This document shows positions 1 through 15,842 of a DNA stretch of 64,000 nucleotides, piece after piece. The position numbers and the translations under genes are program-made. Each line of letters starts with the position of its first letter. Within the stretch, counting starts at the first letter, position 1. The DNA comes from Octopus vulgaris (lineage: Eukaryota), in assembly GCA_951406725.2 (NCBI GenBank), contig OX597821.1, forward strand, positions 69,626,001-69,690,000, given 5' to 3'. The notes under the pieces were generated by a model that saw only the letters and a list, made by a program, of their open reading frames with translations, was not told where the DNA came from and made no database searches.

Positions 1-50
<50 letters not shown>

Positions 51-334
51 ATATATATATATATGTATGTATATATATATATGTATGTATATGTATATAT
101 ATATATACATATATATATACATACATATATATGTATATGTGAGTGTGTGCATGTGTGCGTGCATGTGTGTGTGTATGTGTATATATATGTGTATGTAAGT
201 GTATTAAGTATACGTATATATTATATATATATATATATATACATATATATATACATATATATGTATATGTGTGTGCGTGCATGTGTGTACGTATGTGTAT
301 ATATATGTGTACGTAAGTGTATTAAGTATACGTA

Positions 335-380
<46 letters not shown>

Positions 381-823
381 ATATATGCAGCTATATATAG
401 GCATATCTTGACAGTACATATGTAAGCACGGATCCACACAGATACAAGTAGATATGCATATTCATGTGTGCATGTCCCTGTACACATATTTACAGGAATA
501 TATACATATGTTTGTATGTATATTTGTACTCGTATGGGCATATTTGCATATATGCATATATATATGTGTGTGTGTATGTGTGCCTGTGTGAGGGAGAGAG
601 AGAGAGAGAAAGAGAGAGGGAAAGAGAGAGAGAGAAATAGAAATAAATGCATAGAAATAGAAACATTCAGAACAGAGTCAAGGATATAATATAAATGTCT
701 TTATACGCATGTACGTATACATACATACATTTGTATATACGTTTATATATATATATGTATATAAACAAACATACACATATATGTATGTGTATGTCTGTGT
801 GTTTATGAATATATGTGTATGTG

Positions 824-874
<51 letters not shown>

Positions 875-892
875 CATAAGCGTGTGTGTGCG
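1..892. repeat. Compound (TA)n/(TG)n/(GA)n microsatellite block
   Basis: Direct reading; the Y/I/V/C-rich ORFs here are translations of the repeat. Confidence 0.95.
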
Positions 893-1204
893 TGTTTTGT
901 TACATATATGCTTATTCTAATGTTTTGTCTTCGACCAATTGTTTTAGCTTTATAAAACAAATTCAATAACGAAATACAATAAAGAATATCAGAACTGCAG
1001 CGAAATCCGCAAACGGTCTCTCCACCAGAAATCTATTACATTTGTCTTTTATTTTATAAACTTAACGTCGAGTAATTATCCCGGTACTTCGGGGGAAGAC
1101 ACAACTCTCGGCTTTTGTAGTCTGAGTGGAGTAAATTATCCAAACCATTCGATTCTATTGCTGTTAATACTGCTGTGAGGGGAGGGGGGATGAGTTTAAT
1201 AATA

Positions 1205-1835
1205 GTTTCACATTTTGGCGCAAGGTCAGCAATTGTAATGGGGGTGGGGGAGTTTGTCGATTACATCGACCTCAGTGTATGGCTGGTACTTTATTTTATT
1301 GGTGTCGAGAAGTTGAAACGTAAAGTTGGGTTCGGAGGTATGTGAACGCAGAACATAAAGCCAAAAGAAATGTCAAGAAGCTTGTTCGACGCGCAAACAA
1401 TTTCGCCATCTGACCACCTTTGATGCGTTTTATAATTCCGTCCACTATATATAGAATGTCTGAAATCTTTCGGGAAGGGTCTAATTGATTACACCAACCC
1501 AGTCATTCAAATAGTATTTATTTTATCAACTCCGAAAGAACTGGCAGAAATTCTCCAAAGCGCTTTCTTCGCCCTGCTAACGATTCTACCAGCTCATCAC
1601 CTTTCTGATGTGTTTTTCATAATTCTTCCTGTTATTATAGATGCAAAGCCTGAAATTCTAGGGGAAGAGACCAGTCGATTTCATCGACTCCCCCGATGCT
1701 CAACTGGTACTTATTTCATCGGCCCCCAAAAAGATGAGAGGTAGAGTCGACATCGGTGGTATTTGAACTCAGAACTTAAAGACGCTAAAAAAATGTTGTT
1801 CGATGCGCTAACCTTTCTTGCCAGTTTACCGCTTG
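1205..1835 (-). mobile_element. Cluster of three degraded SINE copies (family D)
   Basis: Recurring gtcgattacatcgac / ctggtacttatttt / gtcgac...tttgaactcagaac blocks match the reverse complement of the intact copy at 51290-51513. Confidence 0.7.
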
Positions 1836-2468
1836 AATATGGAGTTTAACAATAATAGATAAACAGCGTTCTTTTGCCTACAAACCAACATAGCTTATTA
1901 TTCTAGTTTCAGATTGACGTAAACGATTCAGTACTCTTGTCAAAAGTGGCGTGGTCGTTTGTATTGTCACTAGACTGACTGGCAATAGCAGCAACATCTC
2001 TCCTAGTTCATATGTCGTCTGTGAAAAAAGACGTATTGTACAATGTTATGTACTTTTAAAAGACAAGATGGTGACACTTTTATTGAAAGATATGCTACAG
2101 ACCAAGGGCTGCATGCTGTGGATTGAAACAACTAGGCTTATTAAACATAACCAGAACATTCTAAGCGAAAACATGAAACAAAGGTTAAGTCACTGATTCT
2201 GAACGTTGCTGAAATATCACTAATATATCTTGAACGGTGCTAGGGTTATACATTTATTCTAAACAACAATTCTCCTAAAAGGAAACTTAACGGCACGATG
2301 TACCCGTAACAACGGCTGACACGCTCAATCTATTCTTTACCTTCCTCATCTACTGTTACTATGAAATCTCATCTCATCTGAACGAAAAGTGGGCATCATC
2401 TAATGCATGCGCTTTATTGTCTCACACCATACGAACAACATTCGAAACTGACGGACATGAAGCAGACC

Positions 2469-2525
<57 letters not shown>

Positions 2526-4118
2526 TGTGTGAGAGAGAGAGGGGGGAGGGAGACGGAGGGAGAGAGAGAGGGAGAGAGAGAGAAAGAGAGAGAAGGAGAG
2601 AGAGAGAGATGATGATATCATTGATGATGCTTTGAATGGTAACGAAAAATACTTTGACAAATCTAATTGATTGATTGATTGACCAAACTATTAATCAAAC
2701 AATCGATTAGTTAATTAGTTAAATGTTTAACCAATTGGCTAATAGATATAGAGAAGTGAAATAAAACCAGTGCGTGTGTTAATCATTGTCACAATGCCTC
2801 TCTTGCAATATAAGACAGTATGTTTCTACTCAGTTCACATCGAAAATCAAATATAAAAACTATACGAACCGTTTCTTACTTTAATGAAGCCCGTCCCAAA
2901 CATTCTACTAATGTTTTTTTACTTCAGAAATATAATTCCTTGAAACTTCCAGTGTCAAGCCTCAGCGAATTTTACCAGATTGAAGTGCCTGGTATGGCAA
3001 ATCTAGGCACCGCCTTTTCTTGTTGGATGAAATATTTAAAACGAAAAGCTCAGCCGCTCCATAAATCCATAATTTTGCCCTCCGTACTCCATCTGAAACC
3101 GAAGTTAATTCACCTCTCTTACAAAATGCTGTTAACGCTTATGAGAAAGGCATTAATGACACACAGTACCTTCCCTCTATAATTTTTAGTATTTTTAATT
3201 ATTTAAGAGTGGTGGTGATGTAACTGATTGCATTATCGCAAACTTCACGGATTATAGAGTCGTTAATCGTTACTGAAATCAATTCGATTTTCTTTCTCTC
3301 TCTCTCTCTCCGAGTTGACAAGCAGCATACGCTAAAAAGAGAAATACTATAGTCAAGAAGATGAAGATTCTTGTGTGGTTGATGGTCGTCGTTGTAGTTG
3401 TGCTTCTGATAATAAATACAACTGCACGTGATAAAAATAAGACGACTGAATAATAATAATAATAATAATAACAGCAACAGCAACAGCAATAATGTGTGTG
3501 TGTGTATGTCGGTCTGTGTATGTGCATAAACACACTGGCAGACACCACCTCAGAGGCATAAAATGCAATATAGATTTATTGTTACGGTTGAGTTGGTGTC
3601 TGTCGATACAGAAAGCTGAAATGAAGCGTGACACTGAAAAGTGAAGTGAATGACGTGGCGCCTTCAGAAAGAATTCGTTCATCAACAAGAACGGTTCAAT
3701 ATGGAGGCAGATCTCGTTTATTATCTGTAAATTTTGAGATGGATGCAGTGAACTTTTAATATGAATATTGTGTTAACACTTTAACCCTGTAAACATAAAG
3801 CGGAGAGTGTTTCGGTTCACTTTATTCGTTTCTAACTATATACACATCACCAAGAAAAAACGTAAACAAAAACCAATAAAAATGTAAACTGATATTCATA
3901 TAAATACACACTCGCACACGCTCATACACACACTCGCACAAGCTCATACACACACTCGCACATGAGCATACCTGTATATATGTATTTGTTTATACGTGCA
4001 CATACATATAATTGCATGGAGCTGTTTATGTACAGGCATGCATCTGTATGTGTTATGTGTGTGCATGCGTGTCTGTATGTGTGTGTACATAAGTATTTAT
4101 GGCTTATGAGTGTGTGTG

Positions 4119-4219
<101 letters not shown>

Positions 4220-4268
4220 GTTTGTCTGTCTGTCTGTTTGTCTGTCTGTCCATCCATCCATCCATCTA

Positions 4269-4339
<71 letters not shown>

Positions 4340-4409
4340 GCATTTGTGTGTGTGTATAATTATATTACAGAGTACACGAAGCACGAAAGTTTTGCTAGAA
4401 AGTGGAAAC

Positions 4410-4513
4410 GTGACACCTTGGGCAAGTGTCTTCTACTATAGCCTCAGGCCGACCAAAGCCTTGTGAGTGGATTTGGTAGACGGAAACTGAAAGAAGCCCC
4501 TCGTATATATATG

Positions 4514-4564
<51 letters not shown>

Positions 4565-4756
4565 ATATGTTTGTGTCTCCCCCCCCAACATCGCTTGACA
4601 ACCGATGCTGGTGTGTTTACGTCCCCGTAAAAGAGACCGATAGAATAAATACTAGGCTTACAAGAATAAGTCCTGGGGTCGATTTGCTCGACTAAAGGCG
4701 GTGCTCCAGCCTGGCCACAGTCAAATGACTGAAACAAGTAAAAGAGTAAAGAGTAT
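4410..4756 (+). mobile_element. SINE family A, 5'-truncated, with internal microsatellite
   Basis: Runs from ccttgggcaagtgtctt to gactgaaacaagtaaaagagtaaagagta; colinear with the full copy at 55865-56250. Confidence 0.9.
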
Positions 4757-4837
4757 ATGCACACACATTCACATATATATATATAGAAAGATATTCAGTT
4801 GTGTGTTCTATGCATCCAGCCATCTCGATACATATGA

Positions 4838-5157
4838 GGAGACCCCCTTCGGTCACGAATGACCATGGGATTGCACCTAGAAAGTTACGCCCCGAGGCAC
4901 AAGACCGGGCAAGGTGGTGTGTGAAAGGCCAGCAGTCGCCCATGCATACCACTGATGTTATCCAAGGGAAAGGCAAAGGGGCCGATACAGCTTGGCACCT
5001 GTGACGTCGCAACTCATTTCTGCAGCTGAGTGAACTGGAGCGACGTGAAATAAAGTGTCTTGCTCAAGGACACAACACGCAGTCCGGTCCGGGAATCGAA
5101 CTCACAACCTTACGATCGTAAGCTCGACGCTCTAAACACTGAGCCATGCTCCTTCAC
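4838..5157 (-). mobile_element. tRNA-derived SINE family B
   Basis: Reverse complement of 53870-54211, including the head tgaaggagcatggctcagtg. Confidence 0.9.
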
Positions 5158-5176
5158 ACGATACATATACTGAAAT

Positions 5177-5507
5177 GGATAATGGAAGCACTCCGACGAG
5201 GGTTCCGGTTGATCCGAATCAACGGAACAGCCTGCTCGTGAAATTAACGTGTAAGTGGCTGAGCACTCCACAGACACATGTACCCTCGGGGATATTCAGC
5301 GTGACACAGAGAGTGACAAGGCCGGCCCTTTGAAATACAGGTACAACAGAAACAAGAAGTAAGAGTGAGAGAAAGTTGTGGCGAAAGAGTACAGCAGGGA
5401 TCACCACCATCCCTGCCGCAGCCTCGTAGAGCTTTAGGTGTTTTCGCTCAATAAACACTCACAACGCCCGCGTGTCCGCTGCCCTAACCACTGGGCCATT
5501 GCTCCTC
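5177..5507 (-). mobile_element. tRNA-derived SINE family C with 13-bp target-site duplication
   Basis: Minus-strand head ggaggagcaatggcccagtggttagggcagc (A-box-like). TSD catatactgaaat at 5164-5176 and 5508-5520. Body shared with 13435-13705. Confidence 0.88.
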
Positions 5508-5810
5508 CATATACTGAAATACATAATATAAGAATTTAAGTCTCATACTGGAAAAGTCATATTTAATTATTTAATCAAGCAATCAGATGGGTGACGAGAT
5601 CAGACCGTAGCTGTAGTGGTGAGAAATGGAATGATAATACAAACACGTGGCAGCGAAACTGTAGTAAAGAGATCGTTCACACAGGTATCACCTGGTGTAG
5701 TAACGTTCAAGAATCTTACAGGTATGGTTAAATATACAAAGAGAAAATTGTACAGTAACATTATCTATTTCAAGCTTCCCTTTTCTGTAAACTGCTAACT
5801 CAAATCGGTG

Positions 5811-6244
<434 letters not shown>

Positions 6245-6267
6245 TTATCTATCTATCTACCCATCTA

Positions 6268-6344
<77 letters not shown>

Positions 6345-7194
6345 CTATCTGTCTGTTTAGATATGTTTGCGTGTGTGCGCGCACGCGTGTAAAGGTAAGA
6401 TCCATAGATCAAAGTATAGGAAGTCAGTAAGCTTCGAGCAGTCCATAGAATGTATAAAAAACAACTTCAAGGAACAAAAGGGATTTATTGACGTAGAGGG
6501 TTAGAACCCCCCCCCCCTAAAGAAACAAGCAACACCATTAGCAACAGCAACAACTGTACTACCAGCAGCAGCACCATCGATAACAACTGCAAGAACAACA
6601 ACAACAACAATACCTGCAATGACTTGGTGAAAAGTCGGGTATCTGACACGTGCTTTATTAACAACACTCTCGGAATGGAGTATGAATAAAATAGTTTAAT
6701 AAATATAATTTCTGAAAATGTATACTTCACCATTCTTCATTACGATGGCTTGTTTATATATGTGCGTGTATGGACACGCATACATATGAAGAGAAAGAAT
6801 AAAGTTAGCAGATCTTTAATATTGTTACAACTGTTTCTGTGGTTCTCTGCTGTGAATGCCCATTGCACGTTAATGATTTCATGTAAGGAAGAAAAACTAA
6901 TAAAGACCGAGAGATGCACTTTACACATGCGTGCACACAAGCACACCACATATACACAAACACACACGAGCGTGCACGCAAAAACACCCTGCCGCACTCA
7001 TTTAATTATACATATATACACATTGAGAGAAATGGGGGGGAGAGAGAGAGAGAGAGAGAGGACAAGAGAAATAACGAGAGAGTGAGAGGAAAGTGAGAAA
7101 AACAGAAGGAGTGAAAACGAGAGAAAGCAAGGAGGAGGTAAAAGAAAATGGTATGGAGAGAGAGAGAGAGAGAAAGTTTTGAAAAGTGTGTGTG

Positions 7195-7247
<53 letters not shown>

Positions 7248-7372
7248 TGTAAGCGAAGAAGAAAACATAAAGGAAGTGAGCATAATTTTGTTGAGGAGAA
7301 GGAATTATGGGAGAAGTTAGACATTGCCGGTAGTGGATGGGGACCAAAAGTGGTGCTGCAGTAGTGTTACAA

Positions 7373-7719
7373 TTGTATGTATGTATGTATGTATGTATGT
7401 ATGTATGTATGTATGTATGTATATATGTATGTATGTGTGTGTGTGTATGTGTGTGTGTATGTGTGTATGTATGTATGTATGTACGTATATATGTGTGTGT
7501 GTGTGATTGTTTGTATGTATGTATGTATGTGTGTGTGTATGTGTGTATGTGTATGTATGTATGTGTGTATGTATGTATGTATGTATGTATGTGTATGTAT
7601 GTGTGCATGTATGTATGTATTTGTGTGTTTGTATGTATGTATGTGTGTGTGTATGTGTGTATGTATGTATGTGTGTGTGTTTGTATGTATGTATGTGTAT
7701 GTGTGTATGTATGTATGTA

Positions 7720-7751
<32 letters not shown>

Positions 7752-8193
7752 TGTATGTGTGTATGTATGTATGTGTGTGTGTGTGTTTGTATGTATGTAT
7801 GTGTGTATGTATGTGTGTATGTATGTATGTATGTGTGTGTGTTTGTATGTATGTATGTGTATGTGTGTATGTATGTATGTATGTATGTATGTGTGTGTGT
7901 GTATGTGTGTGTATGTGTGTATGTATGTATGTGTGTGTGTGTGTTTGTATGTATGTATGTGTATGTGTGTATGTATGTATGTATGTATGTATGTATGTGT
8001 GTGTGTGTTTGTATGTATGTATGTATGTATGTATGTGTATGTATGTATGTGTGTGTGTATGTGTGTATGTATGTATGTGTGTGTGTATGTGTGTGTATGT
8101 ATGTATGTATGTATGTATGTATGTATGTATGTATGTATGTATGTATGTATGTATGTATGTATGTATGTATGTATGTATGTATGTATGTATGTA

Positions 8194-8224
<31 letters not shown>

Positions 8225-8245
8225 ATGTATGTATGTATGTATGTA
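7373..8245. repeat. About 870-bp compound (TATG)n/(TG)n microsatellite
   Basis: Direct reading; source of the spurious 265-424 aa ORFs. Confidence 0.97.
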
Positions 8246-8690
8246 GGCACGTGTGTGTGCGTGCTCGCACGCGCGCGCATTTGTGTATCTTTAAATGTAT
8301 GTAAGTGTACATGTATGCGTGTGTGTATATTTGTATATGTGTATGTAAGTGTGCATGTTTATAGAAAGCATGTATGTGCTTTGCACTTGTGTGTGTACGC
8401 GGGTTTGTGTACGTGTGTGTGCGTGTGTATGTGTGTGTGTCTGCGCGTGCGTGTGTATATGTGTGTGATTGTGTGTACGTGCGTGTGCATCCGTGTATGT
8501 CTGTGTGCGTGTATACGCGCGCATTTGCGCATGTGTATAAAATTGTGCTTAAACGGAAGAATTGCGTATATACTAGTTAAGAGTGACCAAGAATGATTAA
8601 AATAAAGAGGAGAAAGAAAGAAAGCGAAAAATTAAGAAGAAAGAAGGAAAGAAATTAAACGAAAAGAAGGAAGAAAAATGAAAGAAAGAA

Positions 8691-8818
<128 letters not shown>

Positions 8819-9340
8819 AGAACAATAGTATTATATAGCCGAGCAGTTATGGTAATAAAACCCATGTTAAAGGTTATAAGATGAACGAGGACACATTTTT
8901 GTGAATGGGTAGGAGACGATAAATAGTGAAACCGCAAATATGTTCTGAGACAATTTGCTGCCACTCACGCCGAGTGTGTCTTTATATGTGCACTTTCTAC
9001 GGCTACTTAATGCTGTTTGCATTTCTATACGACCACATGTTTTGTTGAAGGTCTGTCAGTTCGTTTTGTGCATACCATCAATTAAGATGTTGGGTCAGAC
9101 ATCAAAACATAACGGCGCACAATAAGTGACTGGTTTACTTCATGTCCTACGGATATCGTTCAGTAAGTCATTGAGAATTTGACGAGTGCAAATGGGGCTG
9201 GTTCAATGGACGGAGGTTTAGTCATCACTGCTTCATTCTTCATTACAAGAACAATGGATGTCGGGTACAAAGATCAGCTAACTAGCCGGCTGTCTGTCTG
9301 TCAGTCTATCCGTGTGTATCCACTCTCTCTCTCTCTCCCG

Positions 9341-9376
<36 letters not shown>

Positions 9377-9391
9377 TATATATAAAAACAT

Positions 9392-9905
<514 letters not shown>

Positions 9906-10367
9906 TGAGTATAAGTGATACATATGTGTGTGTGTGTGTGTGTATGTAGATATCCATTTATAATATAGTAACCATTCAATATATCTATATATGTGTGTGT
10001 GTTTTTAGTTCAAACCGGCCAGAACCGGTCCTAATATTCTTCTTGTTTTATATTCAAACCGGCCAGAATCGGTTTCTCATAGCTACACTACATCAGGCAA
10101 ATCTCGAAGCTACCAGATAGCGTACGATTAATTAAAGGCAATGTGAATTAATATTACATATGGCAGAGTAGTCCGGTTTGCTGTGATTTCGTTTTTCTTT
10201 CTTTTCGCGATGACATTTTCTGTAACGCCAACAGAATTCAGTTGGGGCAGAATCGCACCCTAACTATAACCAGGAATTGAAACTGGGCCGTAAAAGGCAA
10301 TACGCAAGGGGCTTATCAGCAATGTGCCAAACGATTTGGCACACGCACACACATACACACAACATTA

Positions 10368-10404
<37 letters not shown>

Positions 10405-10635
10405 TTCTTTCCTGTTTATCTCACACATACAAACAAACACATACTTCTAATAACACATTATCCGTACATGTAATATACACAGACCACAGAGACATGGAGA
10501 GAGAAAGAGAGGGAGAGGGAGAGAGAGAGAGAGGGAGAGAGAGAGAGAGAGAAGGAAATTGAAGAAATTTATTGTAAGAATGGCATGAAAGGAAGACAAG
10601 TAGTTGCCACCTCCGGTTTTTCTCTTTTCTGTCAA

Positions 10636-10857
<222 letters not shown>

Positions 10858-10882
10858 CACATGCACACACACAGAGACAGAC

Positions 10883-10967
<85 letters not shown>

Positions 10968-11978
10968 TTTGTCCTGGTGCTTTTTGAATGTTTTCACATC
11001 TACACCTCGCAGATCTCTTAAGTTCCTTGGCAGGATGTTAAACAGTTGTGGTCCTCTGAAACCCAAGCTGCTGCAACACTGGGGCCTTATATGAGATAAA
11101 GAAGACAGCATCTTTGGTAGTATGCAGTGCCGTCCAGTTCGGTGGTATAGCTTTTACTTCCAAAGTTGGGATCTTCCATATGTATACCACTGCATACCTT
11201 TCTCGCCTTCTTTCCAGAGAGTAGAGCTTCAGTTCTTGTAGCCTCTTCCAGTAGCTCCTCTGTTTCACCGACTCAGTATACTTTGCGTAGTGGCGCTAGA
11301 TTGCCTCAAGTTCCGCCACCAATTTCACGCTCTGTGGCGACCACAGTTGGGAGCAGTCATCCAGACGAATGAACACAAATGTCCCCGATGGGAGTAGCAA
11401 TGTATCCTTATTTCTGCTACTGAATGATCTAAGGATTCGTCCAGCTACTCGCCTGCACAGTGTTGCCATCCTAGCAAGATGCACGAGAAATGTTGCATCA
11501 CTGTTCATGTGGATTCCCAGGTGAAGCACCGATTCTGACTCTGGGATTGCACTGCCCCCTTGTCCTATGTAGTCCAATTATTGTCTGTTTGTGGGCCGAT
11601 GGCGGAATACTTGAAACTTATCAGCATTCAACTTCATGTTATTTTCATCAGCTCATTTGCATATTGCATGCAAGTCATTTTCTAGTTTTAATACGTCATC
11701 AGGTTCCTTAACCGTCAGAGATGGCTTTGTATCGTCAGAGTAGCTGGAGGGAGTGGCTGACTATACGACTGAGGGCATGTTTGAAAGAATCACTTCACAC
11801 AAATAGTGATCCCAGTACAGTTCTCTAAGGAACTCCGTTGCAAATTGATGTCTCCTCATGGAGAGCACCATTAGCTGCAACTGCCTTACTTCTGTACTTT
11901 CAAAAGTCATGCAGCCACTCTCCAGTGATACCATGGTCACGTAGTTTGTGACATATCATCCTATGATCAACTTTGTGA
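10968..11978 (-). mobile_element. Degraded CR1/L2-like LINE, RT domain and C-terminus
   Basis: Minus-strand peptides KVDHRMICHKL, GVP*RTVLG, SYSDDT (YADD-like), RLDDCSQLWSP, YWKRLQELKLYSLERRRERY; stops and frameshifts. Confidence 0.85.
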
Positions 11979-12000
11979 AATATATATATATATATGTATC

Positions 12001-12611
12001 ATTCCTCTTTTCTCCTCCTTTGTACAGCCACACCTCGAATACTGCTGCTACTTGTGGTCACTGCATATAAGACAAAACATTTCGAAAATTGAATCACCCC
12101 AGAAGTCTTTCACTAAAAGAATTAAGGGCATGACTGATCTCGATTATTGGGACCACCTTAAAGCAGTGCAACTCTGTTCTCTCCAGCGCCGCCGTGAGCG
12201 ATACATCATTTGCACGATGGGGAGAATACACCACCAGCATTACCCAAACAACCTCAACATTAGCTTCAAAATTCATCCAAAACTAGGACCACGGGCCATA
12301 TGTCCCCTACCCAATTCAGGATCACAACACATAAATACACTGCAACACAAATACTTTTCTTTAACAGGCCCCGAAACAGATCAAAGTGGAAAAGGATCCC
12401 ATCAAATTTAAACGGAATTTGGAGAAGTTTCTTCAAGGAATACCAGATAAGCCACCCATATCTGGATACAACTCACTCAACAAGAACTCCCTACTTGAAT
12501 AGACCACGATACCACAAAACTTGACTTAAAGAGGATTTAGATAATCCTATCAGGTTGTGCTATTAAGTTAAACATGGCCTCGACCAATCTTTGGTCGAAA
12601 CACATCTAAGT
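12001..12611 (+). mobile_element. CR1/L2-like LINE 3' fragment
   Basis: PHLEYCCYLWS...FTKRIKGMTDLDYWDHLK...SLQRRRERY, followed by a terminal stem-loop. Confidence 0.88.
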
Positions 12612-13215
<604 letters not shown>

Positions 13216-13261
13216 ACATACATACATGTAATACATACATATATACATATACACACACACA

Positions 13262-13371
<110 letters not shown>

Positions 13372-13434
13372 TACACACAAGTAAATATATAAAAAGTATA
13401 AAATTTAAAAACATACTAAATATGAACTAAAATA

Positions 13435-13705
13435 TTGTGAGGTCGTGAGTTCAATCCCCAGCGACGCGTTGTGTCCTTGAGCAAGATACTTTATTTCCCG
13501 TTGAGTAGGATCTGTATTGCAAAATGAGTAGTACTGTATTTCAAATGACCAGCCTTGTCAGATTCAATGTCACGCTGAATCTCCCTCAGAACTACGTTAA
13601 GGCACGCCTGTCTGTGGAGTACTCAGCCACTTGCATGTCAAGTTTACGAGCAGTCTGTTCTGTTGATTGGATGAAGTAGAACACTCGTCGTCGTAACCGA
13701 CGGAA
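13435..13705 (+). mobile_element. SINE family C-related copy
   Basis: B-box-like gagttcaatccc, tgtccttgagcaag, and ctgtggagtactcagccacttg shared with 5177-5507. Confidence 0.75.
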
Positions 13706-13837
13706 TGATGGTGTGTGTATGTGCGCGTGTCTGTGCATGTGTGTGTATGTGTGTTTGCGTGTCTGTGCGTGTGTGTATGTATGTATGCACATACACACAT
13801 ATACATACATACATATATATATAATGTATGTATACAC

Positions 13838-13957
<120 letters not shown>

Positions 13958-14425
13958 CTTAGATATGTTTCGACCAAAGATTGGTCCAGGTCATGTCTAA
14001 ATTAATAGCACCACCTGATAGGATTATCTAAATCCTTTTTAAGCCAAGTTTTGTTTATGGTCCATTCAAGTAGTGAGTTCTTGTTGAGTGAGTTGTATTC
14101 AGGTACGAGTGGCTTATCTGGTATTCCTTGAAGAAATCTGTTCAGACTCCGCTTAAAGGTGATGGGGTCCTTTTCCTCTTTAATCAGTTTTGGGACAATG
14201 TTAAACAGGGCAGGGCTTGTTGAAGAAAAGAAATTATCTCGCACTGTACCTATATGTTGTGATCCTGAATTGGACAGGGGACGTATGTCCCGTGGTCCCA
14301 GCCTTGGATGAACCTTGTTCAGGTCGTTTGAGCAATGCTAGCGGTATATTCTCCACATCGTACAAATGATGTACCGCTCGCGGCGGCGCTGGAGAGAGTA
14401 GAGTTTCAAGACTTTAAAGGCGGTC
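13958..14425 (-). mobile_element. CR1/L2-like LINE 3' fragment, same family as 12001-12611
   Basis: LYSLQRRRERYIIC; ORF 14002..14244 PALFNIVPK...FLQGIPDKP; same 3' stem-loop. Confidence 0.88.
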
Positions 14426-14585
14426 CTACGACGTTCTTTCCGTTTCCGTCTACCTAGTCCACTGACAAAGATTTGGTCGACCCCAGGCTATAGTAGAAGT
14501 GACTTGCCCAAGTTGCCGTGCGGTGAGACTGAACCAGGAACCATGCGATTGGGAAGAAAAGTTCTTACCACACAGATACACCCAT
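14426..14585 (-). mobile_element. SINE family A 5' half
   Basis: gtttccgtctacc...acttgcccaag...actgaacc match family A. Confidence 0.75.
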
Positions 14586-14747
14586 ACATATATGTTTTAA
14601 TATTTCGCTTAGTAACCAGGTGTAGAAATCAATATACGTATGATTCAGAACGAAGTGTATAGAGCGGTAATAAGAAAAAGAGATGACAAAAAAATAAATA
14701 AACGGCTATGTTATGACCTTCATTAGCTTACAGCTGTTTCTCCTCTC

Positions 14748-14915
14748 TGATGCAGTGGACTCAGAGTTGAGTGCCTGGATAATGACCTATAACTTCATCG
14801 GAGCCTCGATGCACAGATGTAATTCTTTTGCCCAAATAAATTTCACATTAATATTCGAGGCTTCAATGAAGTTAGAGTAGTTATTCAGGCACTCAGCTAC
14901 AAATCCACCGCATCA
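14748..14915. repeat. Imperfect inverted repeat with about 62-bp arms
   Basis: 14748-14809 is complementary to 14855-14915 with scattered mismatches. Confidence 0.9.
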
Positions 14916-15740
14916 TATAGCACTGGTCTGTCAGAGGAAGTGTATGTATGTATGTATGTGTATGTATGTATGTATGTATGTATGTATTCATGTATGTATG
15001 TATGCATGTACGTATATATATGTACGTGTGGGTATATATATATACGTCTCTCGTTTCTCTCTCAGTCTCTCTTTCTCTCTGTTACTCCCCATTCTCTCTC
15101 ACGTGATAAAAAAACTAAATTTGTAAAACCCCTCCACCATACACCCAACAATCCTTCCATGCTATGCATAATATATATCTCTTCACCAATAACCTCGACT
15201 ACTCCTCCGCTGATACCACCATCTATCTCTCCGTCTCTACGTCTCCTCGCCCTACGCCTCCCCGCCTCTAAGTCTCACCCCCATGGCTTTCTCTTCCAAA
15301 CGAATGTAGCCATCAAAACTGTTTGTTTAACAAAGCCATATTACTTTCCTTCGCTCCATTCTATTTTGTCTTTGTGTAATATTTACAGCTGTTCGTTTTC
15401 TGTAAAAAGATGTTCGTCAAATCTTTCGTGACGGAATGTTACGGCTTGCGAGGAACCGACACAAGCGCGAGAGGGAAAAATATATAGATAAATATTTAAA
15501 AAATGATGAAAAATAATAAAAAAAAGACGAAAATAAAAGTAAATACGGAGAAGGAGAGTTGGTAAAGAAAGTATTTAAAGCTAATTACAGGTATACAAAG
15601 TGGTACTACTACCTGTATCTGTCAATATGTTAATGTTTGTTTGTATGTATGTATGTATGTATGTATGTATGTATGTATGTATGTATGTATGTATGTATGT
15701 ATGTGTATTATGTATCTGTCAATATGTTAATGTTTGTATG

Positions 15741-15796
<56 letters not shown>

Positions 15797-15842
15797 TGCA
15801 TATGTATGTGTGTATGTATATATGCATGTATGCATGATAGTT

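Noticed and set aside
2820-3182. 120-aa ATG-initiated ORF
   Set aside because: No recognisable motif; length is compatible with chance.
7006-8596. Long ORFs of 265-424 aa on both strands
   Set aside because: Pure translations of (TATG)n/(TG)n; they lack stops only because of repeat composition.
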